NCBI GenBank assembly: GCA_041662745.1
Contig: JBAZRV010000001.1
Span: 30,001 to 62,000, forward strand
Reading direction: 5' to 3'
DNA from: Patescibacteria group bacterium
GTDB taxonomy: Bacteria; Patescibacteriota; Patescibacteriia; 2-01-FULL-39-33
DNA length: 32,000 nucleotides
Shown here: positions 15,190 to 22,951 of the stretch, piece by piece
Layout: each line of letters opens with the position of its first letter
Numbering within the stretch: position 1 is the first letter of the stretch
The notes under the pieces: generated by a model
The model's database searches: none
Told to the model about the DNA's origin: nothing
Seen by the model: the letters and a program-made list of their open reading frames with translations, nothing else
Translations under genes and position numbers: made by a program

Positions 15190-15387
15190 TTACTCTCCCC
15201 AGGAAATCGCCTGTGTTGGACAAGCACCGATAGCCTCGTCAATCTTGGCTTTTTCCGCTTCATAATCCGCCTCCAAAACTGTGGCAATCATCCTGCCGTT
15301 TGCTTCGGCCACCTTAAAAACTGCCGGGCAAATAGCCTCGCAAGTGCCGCAAGCGATGCACGCTTCGCTGACTGATGGTTTTGACAT
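15190..15387 (-). CDS. small single-cluster ferredoxin
   Basis: 65 aa. CIACGTCEAICP plus a distal GACP gives the CxxCxxC...CP pattern. Confidence 0.85.
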   Translation of the reverse strand: MSKPSVSEACIACGTCEAICPAVFKVAEANGRMIATVLEADYEAEKAKIDEAIGACPTQAISWGE

Positions 15388-15401
15388 AGTAATTTTATTA
15401 T

Positions 15402-15782
15402 TTATTTTTTGATAAGCTCTTTGACTTTTTGCGACAAAGTTCCGGGAGTAAAATCTGATTTGACCAGATAGCCGTTGACTTTCAACCCGGCCGCGCGGTC
15501 CTTATCCTTCTTTTGGGTCAAGTTGCTCCAAATATAAACTTTGAGTTTTGATAATTCGCTGTCTTTTTTGATTTGGTCAAACAAAGTCCAGCCGTCCAAT
15601 TCCGGCATCATGATATCCAACAGCACCAAGTCCGGCTTAAGTCGTTTTAACTCTTCCAAAGCTTTGGTGCTGTCGCCGATGATCGTCGCGTCAATGCCTT
15701 CCATTTGCATTTTCAAATGGTAAATTTCAGCCAAATCCGGCTCATCTTCAATCAAGGCGACTTTGTATTTTAATTCCGGCAT
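15402..15782 (-). CDS. stand-alone response regulator receiver (CheY-like, REC only)
   Basis: 126 aa. VALIEDEPD...VLLDIMMPELDG is the phospho-acceptor Asp context. There is no output domain. Confidence 0.9.
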   Translation of the reverse strand: MPELKYKVALIEDEPDLAEIYHLKMQMEGIDATIIGDSTKALEELKRLKPDLVLLDIMMPELDGWTLFDQIKKDSELSKLKVYIWSNLTQKKDKDRAAGLKVNGYLVKSDFTPGTLSQKVKELIKK

Positions 15783-15876
15783 ATTATTAATTCCAATTTC
15801 TAAAAATTATTAATTAGCCCTTTAATTATTCCTGTTCCCTGCCCCCAATCCTCAATATTTTGACTTTATTATTATA

Positions 15877-17583
15877 CTACATCCGCTCCAAAGTTTCTAT
15901 GCCCAGCAAATCAAGACCGTTAGTCAGCACTTGCCGGACGCCGGCGATTAGGGCCAACCGAGCCGACCGCAACTTATCTTCGGAATTAAGTATGGGGACT
16001 TCCTGATAGTAGGAAGAAAAAATCTTAGCCAGATCAAATAGGTATTTGCCAAGCGTGCTGGGTTCAAATTCCTGAGCCGCTTCATTTATCGCTTGAGGGA
16101 ATTCTGCCAATTTGATCAGTAATTCTTTTTCTGCCGGATCAGCCAAAAGCGCATAATCCACGGTTTGAGAAATACTCTTATTCTTCCTTAAAATGCTATT
16201 AATGCGAGTTACGGTGTATTGCAGATACGGACCGGAATAACCGTCAAAAGACAGGGCCTCCTGAGGATTAAAAACAATTACGCTGTTCTTCCCCACTTTA
16301 AGCATGCTGAATTTTATGGCGGCCAAAGCGATCTTCTCGGCCGTAGAGGCGATCTCCGCCTTGCCCCAGTCGCTATGGCGCTTGGCCGTTTCCGCTTGCG
16401 CCAAAGCGGCCATCTCGGCCAGAAGATCCTCAAACAAAACAACATTGCCTTGGCGTGAAGCCATGGCTCCTTCGGGCAGGGTCACAAACTCATAGGCGAT
16501 ATGCTTGGTTTTCTTATGGAAGCCCATTATCTCCAAGGTTTTAAAAAATTGCTGAAAATAAAAGCTCTGGCGGCTGTCTACCACCACGTAAGAAGCATCT
16601 ATCTTGTATTTATCAAATTTTAATTTAGCCAAAGCCAGCTCCTTGGTGGAATAAAGAGAGGTGCCGTCGGATTTAAGCAGTAAAAACTGCTTCAGACCGT
16701 ATTGTTCCAGATCAATAATTATCGCGCCTTCTGATTTTTCAGCGACGCCTTGGGCCAACAGCTCGGCAACGATTTTCTTGCCCGGTTTCTCCACTTCGCT
16801 CTCAAAGAAAAATTTATCAAATTTTATGCCCAAAATTTTATAAATGCCGTCAAACTCCTGAAGCGACCAAGCGCGGGTTTTTTTCCATAAGGCCGTCCAG
16901 TACTTATCACCGGCCTCTAATTTTTTCTGCACTACTTGGGCTTCTTGCCGGTATTTTTCGCTGGCCTCGGTTTTTTGCACCGCTTCGCTGTAAATCCTGC
17001 CCAGATATTGCCCCTTGTGTTCTGCCGGCTCCGGATCTTTTTTGTGGAATTTATCCAAAGCCCAAAGGCACTTGGCCACATGGGAACCGATATCGCCGAT
17101 ATAATTAACGGCAATGACTTTTTGGCCGACAAACCGATACAGATTAACCAAAGCCGAACCTAAGACAGCATTGCGCAAATGGCCGACATGGAATTCCTTA
17201 TGGGTATTCGGTTGGGAATATTCAATCATCACTTTCTCTTTCTTCCAAGGCAAACGTCCGTATTTATCCTCTTTTTTCTTAACCTCGGAAATCACCGCCT
17301 TGGCCAGATGTTTCTCGTTCAGAAAAAAATTAAGATACGGCCCGAAATTGCTGACTGACTTCACTCCGGTCGGCAATTTTATTTTCTGTTTTATTTCCAA
17401 TGCCACCTGATTGGGCGAGATGCGCAAAAGTTTGGTCAAATAAAAACAGGGTACGGCCAAATCGCCCATGGCCGCTTCCGGCGGACGGGTAATTTCCAAT
17501 TGGCTGATATCAAGTTCCTGACCGACGGCTTTTTCCACGGCGGACAAAATTTCCTTTTGCAGCTTGTTTATGAAATATGGCAT
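15877..17583 (-). CDS. argS: arginyl-tRNA synthetase
   Basis: 568 aa. HIGH-region HVGHLRN, typical ArgRS length, and a C-terminal anticodon-binding region ending ...GIETLERM. Confidence 0.95.
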   Translation of the reverse strand: MPYFINKLQKEILSAVEKAVGQELDISQLEITRPPEAAMGDLAVPCFYLTKLLRISPNQVALEIKQKIKLPTGVKSVSNFGPYLNFFLNEKHLAKAVISEVKKKEDKYGRLPWKKEKVMIEYSQPNTHKEFHVGHLRNAVLGSALVNLYRFVGQKVIAVNYIGDIGSHVAKCLWALDKFHKKDPEPAEHKGQYLGRIYSEAVQKTEASEKYRQEAQVVQKKLEAGDKYWTALWKKTRAWSLQEFDGIYKILGIKFDKFFFESEVEKPGKKIVAELLAQGVAEKSEGAIIIDLEQYGLKQFLLLKSDGTSLYSTKELALAKLKFDKYKIDASYVVVDSRQSFYFQQFFKTLEIMGFHKKTKHIAYEFVTLPEGAMASRQGNVVLFEDLLAEMAALAQAETAKRHSDWGKAEIASTAEKIALAAIKFSMLKVGKNSVIVFNPQEALSFDGYSGPYLQYTVTRINSILRKNKSISQTVDYALLADPAEKELLIKLAEFPQAINEAAQEFEPSTLGKYLFDLAKIFSSYYQEVPILNSEDKLRSARLALIAGVRQVLTNGLDLLGIETLERM

Positions 17584-17625
17584 ATTTGCTTGCTTTACGA
17601 TAACATAAAACCATTAAAATGACAA

Positions 17626-17658
17626 TAAAAAAAGCGCCGACCGCTGGGGATTGGCGCT
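17626..17658 (-). terminator. intrinsic terminator after the 271-aa orphan gene
   Basis: On the minus strand, agcgcc-(14 nt)-ggcgct is followed by TTTTTTT. Confidence 0.7.
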
Positions 17659-17685
17659 GTTTAATTAAAGTGCTTATATTACTCT

Positions 17686-18501
17686 TTACGGCTCCGGCGA
17701 CGGCTCTTGAGGCGTAGGGCCATCTTCTTTGTTTTCCGATTCAACCGGCTCCAATTCATCCAGAATCTCTAAAATCCTCAAGCTTAACTGTTCACTCTCG
17801 CATTTGCCCAGCCATTGCCTGATTTCGGACGCGCCCACTAATATTTCAACCTCTTTCCCTACACCCGGCTGGCGCCACCCCAGTAACGCCTCCAATCCCA
17901 ACGCCGAATGGGCCGACGAATTGAATAGGTGGCGAGGCGAGGGCAAAGGAACATTACCCGCAAACCTTCTTTCCGCTTCCGGCGGATTCAGGCAGATATA
18001 ACCGTCCAGAGGCAAAAACCATCGTTCCCCCTCCATCAACAAACCGCCCGGCTTCAAATTTCCCAAAATCAAATCATAGCGAGTGCTGGTAAAAGTCGGT
18101 TCGGGAACACACCAATCCGCCGATAAAGAAGTCAAAAAATGTTTAACGCCCAGGGTTATTTCTTCCACCGTTTCCACAACTAACATTACCGTTTGACCGG
18201 CATTCTCACTGATGACTCTATCCAACTCGCGCAGATTATATTCCAATCGCCCGCCATCAGTCAGCCAGGTGACGATCAAATCTTCTTGCCGCACCATAAA
18301 ATCAAGAATCCTGTCACTCAAACTTTCGCCCGCCTTAACCCGCCTGATTAATTGTTCGGCCAATAACCTCTGATCGTTCTGCACCGCATTAACACGGGCT
18401 TGAAGATTTCTGGCCCAAACGGCGTGTTGCTTGATAAGCGCCATCAAATTATCGGCTGTTTGCGGTTCGGGTTGAGGGTTGATATTGTCTGCCTTGCTCA
18501 T
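17686..18501 (-). CDS. hypothetical protein (271 aa)
   Basis: The start was moved from 18666 to the ATG at 18501 (MSKADNINPQ...), preceded by AAGGAGG. The longer ORF start lies within the promoter's -35 hexamer (18661-18666), upstream of the predicted transcription start. Pro/Glu-rich C-terminal tail. No family recognised. Confidence 0.6.
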   Translation of the reverse strand: MSKADNINPQPEPQTADNLMALIKQHAVWARNLQARVNAVQNDQRLLAEQLIRRVKAGESLSDRILDFMVRQEDLIVTWLTDGGRLEYNLRELDRVISENAGQTVMLVVETVEEITLGVKHFLTSLSADWCVPEPTFTSTRYDLILGNLKPGGLLMEGERWFLPLDGYICLNPPEAERRFAGNVPLPSPRHLFNSSAHSALGLEALLGWRQPGVGKEVEILVGASEIRQWLGKCESEQLSLRILEILDELEPVESENKEDGPTPQEPSPEP

Positions 18502-18637
18502 AGTGCCTCCTTGGCGGCTTGCTCCGCCCGGTTTGAAACAAAGACCACTGATATTTTCCGCTATGTTTTCAAATTCTTTGCGTTCTTGTTGGTTATATTG
18601 CCGTTTATCAAAAAATTTTAAATGTTCAACTGCGAAT

Positions 18638-18666
18638 ATAATATAACTAATAACCGAATTTGTCAA
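18638..18666 (-). promoter_or_regulatory. sigma70-type promoter of the 271-aa orphan gene
   Basis: On the minus strand: TTGACA (18666-18661), 17-nt spacer, TATTAT (18643-18638). This leaves a 5' UTR of about 130 nt. Confidence 0.65.
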
Positions 18667-18688
18667 GAACTTGCCAATATTAATAAAA

Positions 18689-18717
18689 TTGACAAATCAG
18701 CCGAAAAAAACTAAACT
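18689..18717 (+). promoter_or_regulatory. sigma70-type promoter of the thrS leader
   Basis: TTGACA (18689-18694), 17-nt spacer, TAAACT (18712-18717). It is back-to-back with the divergent promoter at 18638..18666. Confidence 0.6.
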
Positions 18718-18723
18718 AAAATC

Positions 18724-18952
18724 AGTGATTGAAGCGGCCACCAACCGCTTACCCCCCAAGAGTCCGGCCAGCCGGCTAAACAGTAAAATCAAAGCGTCCG
18801 CTCGCCAGCCGCCAATCGACTGAAGCAAAGCGGAAACCCGGGTGGAACCGCGGGAACATCCCAGTTGAATGACACGACTTCAACAGGATAAACTCTCGTC
18901 CCGAAAATATGTCTTTAATTCAAGATGTGTTTTCAGGATGGGAGTTTTTTAA
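18724..18952 (+). promoter_or_regulatory. T-box riboswitch leader upstream of thrS
   Basis: AAACCCGGGTGGAACCGCGGGA (18835-18856) closely matches the T-box consensus AAnnnGGGTGGTACCGCG. A downstream CTCGTCCC can pair either with the T-box GGG (antiterminator) or with GGATGGGAG (terminator, 18892-18946), which is followed by TTTTTT. AGTGA near the 5' end resembles the GA/K-turn element. Confidence 0.75.
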
Positions 18953-18983
18953 AATAAAAAATCAACTAAAAATTTAAAATCAT

Positions 18984-20738
18984 ATGGCTACTCAAAACGA
19001 CCAGTTAGACAAAATCCGCCATTCCACTTCCCATATCATGGCTTATGCCGTGCGGGAAATTTTCGGGGATAAAGTTAAATTTGCCATCGGCCCAACGATT
19101 GACGACGGCTTTTATTACGACTTTGACCTGGGGGACAAGACTTTTTCCGCCGAAGAACTCAAAGCGATTGAAAAAAAAATGACGGAACTGATCAAGAAAA
19201 AATTACCTTTTGAAAAGATTGATTTGCCGATCAAGGAGGCGCTGGAAAAAATGTCCGATCAGCCCTATAAACGGGAATTGATCAATGATTTGGAAAAGGC
19301 GGGAGAAAAAACAGTCAGTTTTTACACTGTCGGCGATTTTACCGATTTGTGTCGCGGTCCGCACGTGGAAAATACCAAGGAGCTGGGCATTTTTAAACTA
19401 ATGAAAACCGCCGGCGCCTATTGGCGGGGCGACGAGAAGAACAAAATGCTGCAAAGAATCTACGGCACAGCGTTTGAAACCAAAGAACAGTTGGCTGAAT
19501 ATTTAAAAATGTTGGAAGAAGCGGAAAAACGCGACCATCGCAAACTCGGTTCGGAGCTGAGTATTTTCATGTTTGATGACGACGTGGGACCGGGACTGCC
19601 TTTATGGCTGCCTAACGGCGCCGTAATCATTGAGGAATTGGAGAAGTTGGCCAAAGACAGCGAATATGAAGCCGGTTATGTGCGCGTCAAAACGCCACAC
19701 CTCTGCAAAGAATCCATGTACAAAACCAGCGGGCATTTGCCTTACTACACTGACAGCATGTTTCCGCCCATGGATGTAGACGGCGTGAAATACTACTTAA
19801 AGCCCATGAATTGCCCGCACCACCACAAGATTTTCGGCTCGTCCTTGCGCAGCTACCGCGATATGCCTATTCGCATCGCCGAATATGGCACTTGCTACCG
19901 CTACGAGCAGAGCGGCGAGCTCTTCGGCCTGATGCGCGTCCGCTCCATGCAGATGAATGACGCTCATATCTACTGCTCGGTCGATCAATTTGAGGAAGAA
20001 TTCATTGCCGTCTGCAAAATGTATCTCAAATATTTTGAAATTTTCGGCATAGAAAAATACGTTATGCGTTTTTCCACTCATTCGGCCGAGGGTCTGGGCA
20101 AAAAATACGTTGATAATGCCAAGCTATGGCAAAAAACGGAAAAAATGGTGGAGACAGCCATGAAGAATAATGGCATCCCTTACATTAAAGTGGAAAACGA
20201 AGCGGCCTTCTACGGTCCCAAAATTGATGTGCAAGTCTGGAGCGCTATTGGCAAAGAATTTACTCTAGCCACCAATCAGGTGGATTTTGCCGTACCGGAA
20301 AGGTTTGGCCTGACCTATATCAATGCCAAAGGCGAGCAAGAGACGCCTCTTTGCATCCACCGGGCGCCACTGGGCACGCATGAAAGATTTATCGGTTTCT
20401 TAATTGAGCATTATGCCGGCGCTTTCCCCACCTGGCTGTCGCCAGTGCAAGCTATAATCATCCCGGTTTCGGAAAAATTCACTGCTTACGGCAAAAAGGT
20501 TTATGACGAATTGTTTGCCGCCGGCGTACGCGTCAAGTTGGATGATGCCGACGAATCACTGGGCAAGAGAATCAGGAACGCCGAAAAACAAAAAACCCCC
20601 TACATCTTAGTGGTGGGAGAAAAAGAAGCCGCCGCTAAAACCGTGGCTGTGCGCAAACGCGGCGCCGGCGACCTGGGCGGCCAAAAGCTGACTGAATTCA
20701 TTAAGCAAGTAAAAAAAGAAATAGCGGAGAAAAAATAA
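18984..20738 (+). CDS. thrS: threonyl-tRNA synthetase (short form, no N-terminal TGS domain)
   Basis: 584 aa. It begins at the editing/SAD region (HSTSHIMAYA, HxxxH). Class II core blocks MNCPHHHKIF, RVRSMQMNDAHIY and FYGPKID are present, plus a C-terminal anticodon-binding domain. Confidence 0.95.
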   Translation: MATQNDQLDKIRHSTSHIMAYAVREIFGDKVKFAIGPTIDDGFYYDFDLGDKTFSAEELKAIEKKMTELIKKKLPFEKIDLPIKEALEKMSDQPYKRELINDLEKAGEKTVSFYTVGDFTDLCRGPHVENTKELGIFKLMKTAGAYWRGDEKNKMLQRIYGTAFETKEQLAEYLKMLEEAEKRDHRKLGSELSIFMFDDDVGPGLPLWLPNGAVIIEELEKLAKDSEYEAGYVRVKTPHLCKESMYKTSGHLPYYTDSMFPPMDVDGVKYYLKPMNCPHHHKIFGSSLRSYRDMPIRIAEYGTCYRYEQSGELFGLMRVRSMQMNDAHIYCSVDQFEEEFIAVCKMYLKYFEIFGIEKYVMRFSTHSAEGLGKKYVDNAKLWQKTEKMVETAMKNNGIPYIKVENEAAFYGPKIDVQVWSAIGKEFTLATNQVDFAVPERFGLTYINAKGEQETPLCIHRAPLGTHERFIGFLIEHYAGAFPTWLSPVQAIIIPVSEKFTAYGKKVYDELFAAGVRVKLDDADESLGKRIRNAEKQKTPYILVVGEKEAAAKTVAVRKRGAGDLGGQKLTEFIKQVKKEIAEKK

Positions 20739-20765
20739 TCTGCGCTCAATAATCCGGCTAAAATT

Positions 20766-20797
20766 AAAAAATTCCGACTGCTCAGTCGGAATTTTTT
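20766..20797. terminator. bidirectional intrinsic terminator between thrS and the histidine kinase gene
   Basis: aaaaaattccgact-gctc-agtcggaatttttt. Confidence 0.8.
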
Positions 20798-20804
20798 ATC
20801 TCAG

Positions 20805-21689
20805 TTATTTTTTAACTTTTTCCGCCTTGCTCTTATCCGCTAACGGCAAAGAAAAGCTGAATTTGCTGCCTCGGCCCTTGCCCGGCGACTCGGCCCAAAT
20901 GCGGCCGCCCAGGTTCTCAATCACCACTCGGGCAAAATACAAACCCAAACCCGTGCCCTCAGGATGAACGATGGTCATATTCTTGCCGCGCACGAATTTA
21001 TTGAACAGGCGATTCAGATCTTCGGCCGAAATGCCCAAGCCCGTGTCACTGACAGAAAAAACCACTGACTGGCCTTCTTGATGCAAATCAATATTCACTT
21101 CGCCCTTCTTAGTGTATTTAACGGCATTGTCCACCAAATTAGAAGCAACCTCCTTGATTTTGGCAATGTCAGTTTTGACAGAAAGAAAATTTTTGGGATA
21201 ATAGACTCCTAATTTTATCTTTTTGGCGTCGGCCTTGCTTTGGAACTCCTCCTTTAATTCCTCGGCGACTTTGGTTAAATCCGCCGGTTTGATATCAAAT
21301 TCCAAACGGCCGGCCTCAATGCGGGAGATGTCCAACAAATTTTCAATCAAATTGAGCAGGCGTTCAGTGGCCATATGGACCTTCTCCAAATTCTCCTTGA
21401 CCACCTTCGGGACCTTGCCGAAACTCCCCTCTTCCATCATGGAAATATAACCCTTGATAATGGTGGTGGGGGTGCGCAACTGATGGGAAGCGATAGACAA
21501 AAATTCCGACTTAGCGTCATCGAGGCGCTGCAACTCGCTGTTGGCCTGTTGCAACTTGGCCAGCAATTCACGATTCTTCTTTAGCATTAAACGTTCGCGC
21601 CTGATGATGGAGACAAAAAAACAAACGATAACGGCGACCATCAAGGCCGCTAAGACACTGGTGCTTAAGATGATATAAAAATCATGCAT
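20805..21689 (-). CDS. sensor histidine kinase (one TM, HisKA + HATPase_c, no recognisable sensor domain)
   Basis: 294 aa. H-box SIASHQLRTPTT, N-box VDNAVKYT, G1 DTGLGI, G2 GTGLGL. Confidence 0.9.
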   Translation of the reverse strand: MHDFYIILSTSVLAALMVAVIVCFFVSIIRRERLMLKKNRELLAKLQQANSELQRLDDAKSEFLSIASHQLRTPTTIIKGYISMMEEGSFGKVPKVVKENLEKVHMATERLLNLIENLLDISRIEAGRLEFDIKPADLTKVAEELKEEFQSKADAKKIKLGVYYPKNFLSVKTDIAKIKEVASNLVDNAVKYTKKGEVNIDLHQEGQSVVFSVSDTGLGISAEDLNRLFNKFVRGKNMTIVHPEGTGLGLYFARVVIENLGGRIWAESPGKGRGSKFSFSLPLADKSKAEKVKK

Positions 21690-21730
21690 GGCATTATTTC
21701 ATTACTACAGTATACCATAATTATAACACC

Positions 21731-21755
21731 AAAAACAGCGATCGCCCAGATCGCT
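21731..21755 (-). terminator. intrinsic terminator after the greA-like gene
   Basis: On the minus strand, agcgatc-tgggc-gatcgct is followed by gTTTTT, 3 nt after the stop. Confidence 0.65.
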
Positions 21756-21758
21756 TTG

Positions 21759-22247
21759 TTAATCAATCGCCTTAATCCGATATTTTTTAACAGCGCCGGC
21801 CAAAAATAATTGCAACTCTTCGCCAAGTCGGCGCCGCAAAAGTTTCTGGCCCAACGGGCTGTTATAAGCGACGATAACGATTCCATCTTTTTCGTGTTCC
21901 GCGTGTTCCGGTCGGCCGCCGGAATTATAACTGCCGATTTTAAAAACCGTCTTGGTTTCTTGTTCATCAATCAATTCCACTCTGCTGCCGATGGCGACCG
22001 AAGCGCTGTTGTCGGCCGGATAAATGATTTCCGCTTGCCCGATTAATTCATCCAGTTCCGACAGGCGTTTGCCATACAAATCCAAATCGCGCATGGCTTG
22101 TTCAAAAATATAATTATCATGCCAAGTCTCGGAGCTCTGGCTGGCGTCTTCGGCCAACCCGCTTTTTATCTGCTGGTAATAACGCGCTAACTCTTGCCGT
22201 CTGATCAGTAATCGGTCGTAATCTTGGGGAAGAAAAAAATAACTCAT
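21759..22247 (-). CDS. greA: GreA/GreB-family transcript cleavage factor-like protein
   Basis: 162 aa. N-terminal coiled-coil region (SETWHDNYIFEQAMRDLDLYGKRLSELDELIGQAEII) and a C-terminal FKBP-like part (IGSRVELID...YNSPLGQKLLRRRLGEE). The canonical acidic tip (DxxE in GDLxENAEY) is not obviously conserved. Confidence 0.7.
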   Translation of the reverse strand: MSYFFLPQDYDRLLIRRQELARYYQQIKSGLAEDASQSSETWHDNYIFEQAMRDLDLYGKRLSELDELIGQAEIIYPADNSASVAIGSRVELIDEQETKTVFKIGSYNSGGRPEHAEHEKDGIVIVAYNSPLGQKLLRRRLGEELQLFLAGAVKKYRIKAID

Positions 22248-22260
22248 AATATGATTAAGT

Positions 22261-22303
22261 AAAAATAAAACCGCCCGGGGCTTGCTTGGGCCTAACGGGC
22301 GGT
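22261..22303 (-). terminator. intrinsic terminator about 15 nt upstream of the greA-like start (leader attenuator or distal terminator of the RNHCP gene)
   Basis: On the minus strand, accgcccg-(18 nt)-cgggcggt is followed by TTTTATTTTT. Confidence 0.65.
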
Positions 22304-22394
22304 AATGTTAATCGGGTTGTTTTGGCTGAGGTTTAAATGGTTCTGCAAACAGCCGTTTAATTTGGTTTTTCTAACTCGGTGGGGCATAATAGAT

Positions 22395-22423
22395 TCATTC
22401 TGCTCCTAAACGGTAAAATTGTC
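22395..22423 (-). promoter_or_regulatory. candidate promoter for the greA-like leader
   Basis: On the minus strand: TTGACA (22423-22418), 17-nt spacer, CAGAAT (22400-22395). The -10 is weak. Confidence 0.35.
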
Positions 22424-22436
22424 AAGTCCGATTAAT

Positions 22437-22757
22437 TCACCTGACTTGACGCAGTTTTTTCTCGGCTAATTCCTTCTCTAATCTTATGACCTCTTCCGTG
22501 TCGTCTTCCTCCCTGATTTTGTCATTGCGCGTAAAACCGCACGACTCGCAACGCTGGGAAACAATCCATTTGCCGCCGCGGTAATATAAATCAATCGGCC
22601 GCATCAAACCGCCGCATTCCGCTCGCCTGTCGCCCGGCTCAATATCCACATGCTTGGACCATAAGCATTTGGGGCAATGGTTGGTATAGCCGGATCCCTT
22701 AACCTCGGCCCCGCAGTGTTCGCACTTAAAATTCTCTACTTTCTTAATAAATGCCAT
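22437..22757 (-). CDS. RNHCP-domain zinc-ribbon protein
   Basis: 106 aa. CEHCG...YTNHCPKCLWSKHVD...CGG...CESCG. The TNHCP motif and Cys pairs match my recollection of the RNHCP domain. Confidence 0.75.
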   Translation of the reverse strand: MAFIKKVENFKCEHCGAEVKGSGYTNHCPKCLWSKHVDIEPGDRRAECGGLMRPIDLYYRGGKWIVSQRCESCGFTRNDKIREEDDTEEVIRLEKELAEKKLRQVR

Positions 22758-22761
22758 ATGC

Positions 22762-22790
22762 TTGACATATTACCATGCTTTTGCTATAAT
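22762..22790 (+). promoter_or_regulatory. consensus sigma70 promoter of rpsA
   Basis: TTGACA (22762-22767), 17-nt spacer, TATAAT (22785-22790). Both hexamers match consensus perfectly. Confidence 0.75.
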
Positions 22791-22951
22791 TTCAATACCT
22801 TAATTAATTCACCCGTAACCCTATAAAAAACGGGGCTTGAGGACGACACCGGCCAGGCGGCCGATTAAGCCAGTTAGACCGCCCACCCGTCCCAAGTTAA
22901 TGCATGGCTTCTACCTATATGAGCATGATCCAACCTAAAAAGGATTCTGTA

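Noticed and set aside
22429-22814. An 11-bp direct repeat ATTAATTCACC (22429-22439 and 22804-22814) flanking the RNHCP gene and the rpsA promoter, considered as a possible target-site duplication.
   Set aside because: An exact 11-mer match is expected by chance many times in 32 kb. No terminal inverted repeats or mobility gene lie between the copies, and I noticed it post hoc.
22797-22951. Structured 5' UTR of rpsA considered as a separate small RNA gene or riboswitch (hairpins cccgt...acggg, cggcc-aggc-ggccg, ggcgg...ccgcc).
   Set aside because: I recognise no known riboswitch or sRNA consensus, and there is no terminator before the rpsA start. It is more simply the rpsA leader, possibly an S1 autoregulatory site, which I cannot demonstrate from sequence alone.
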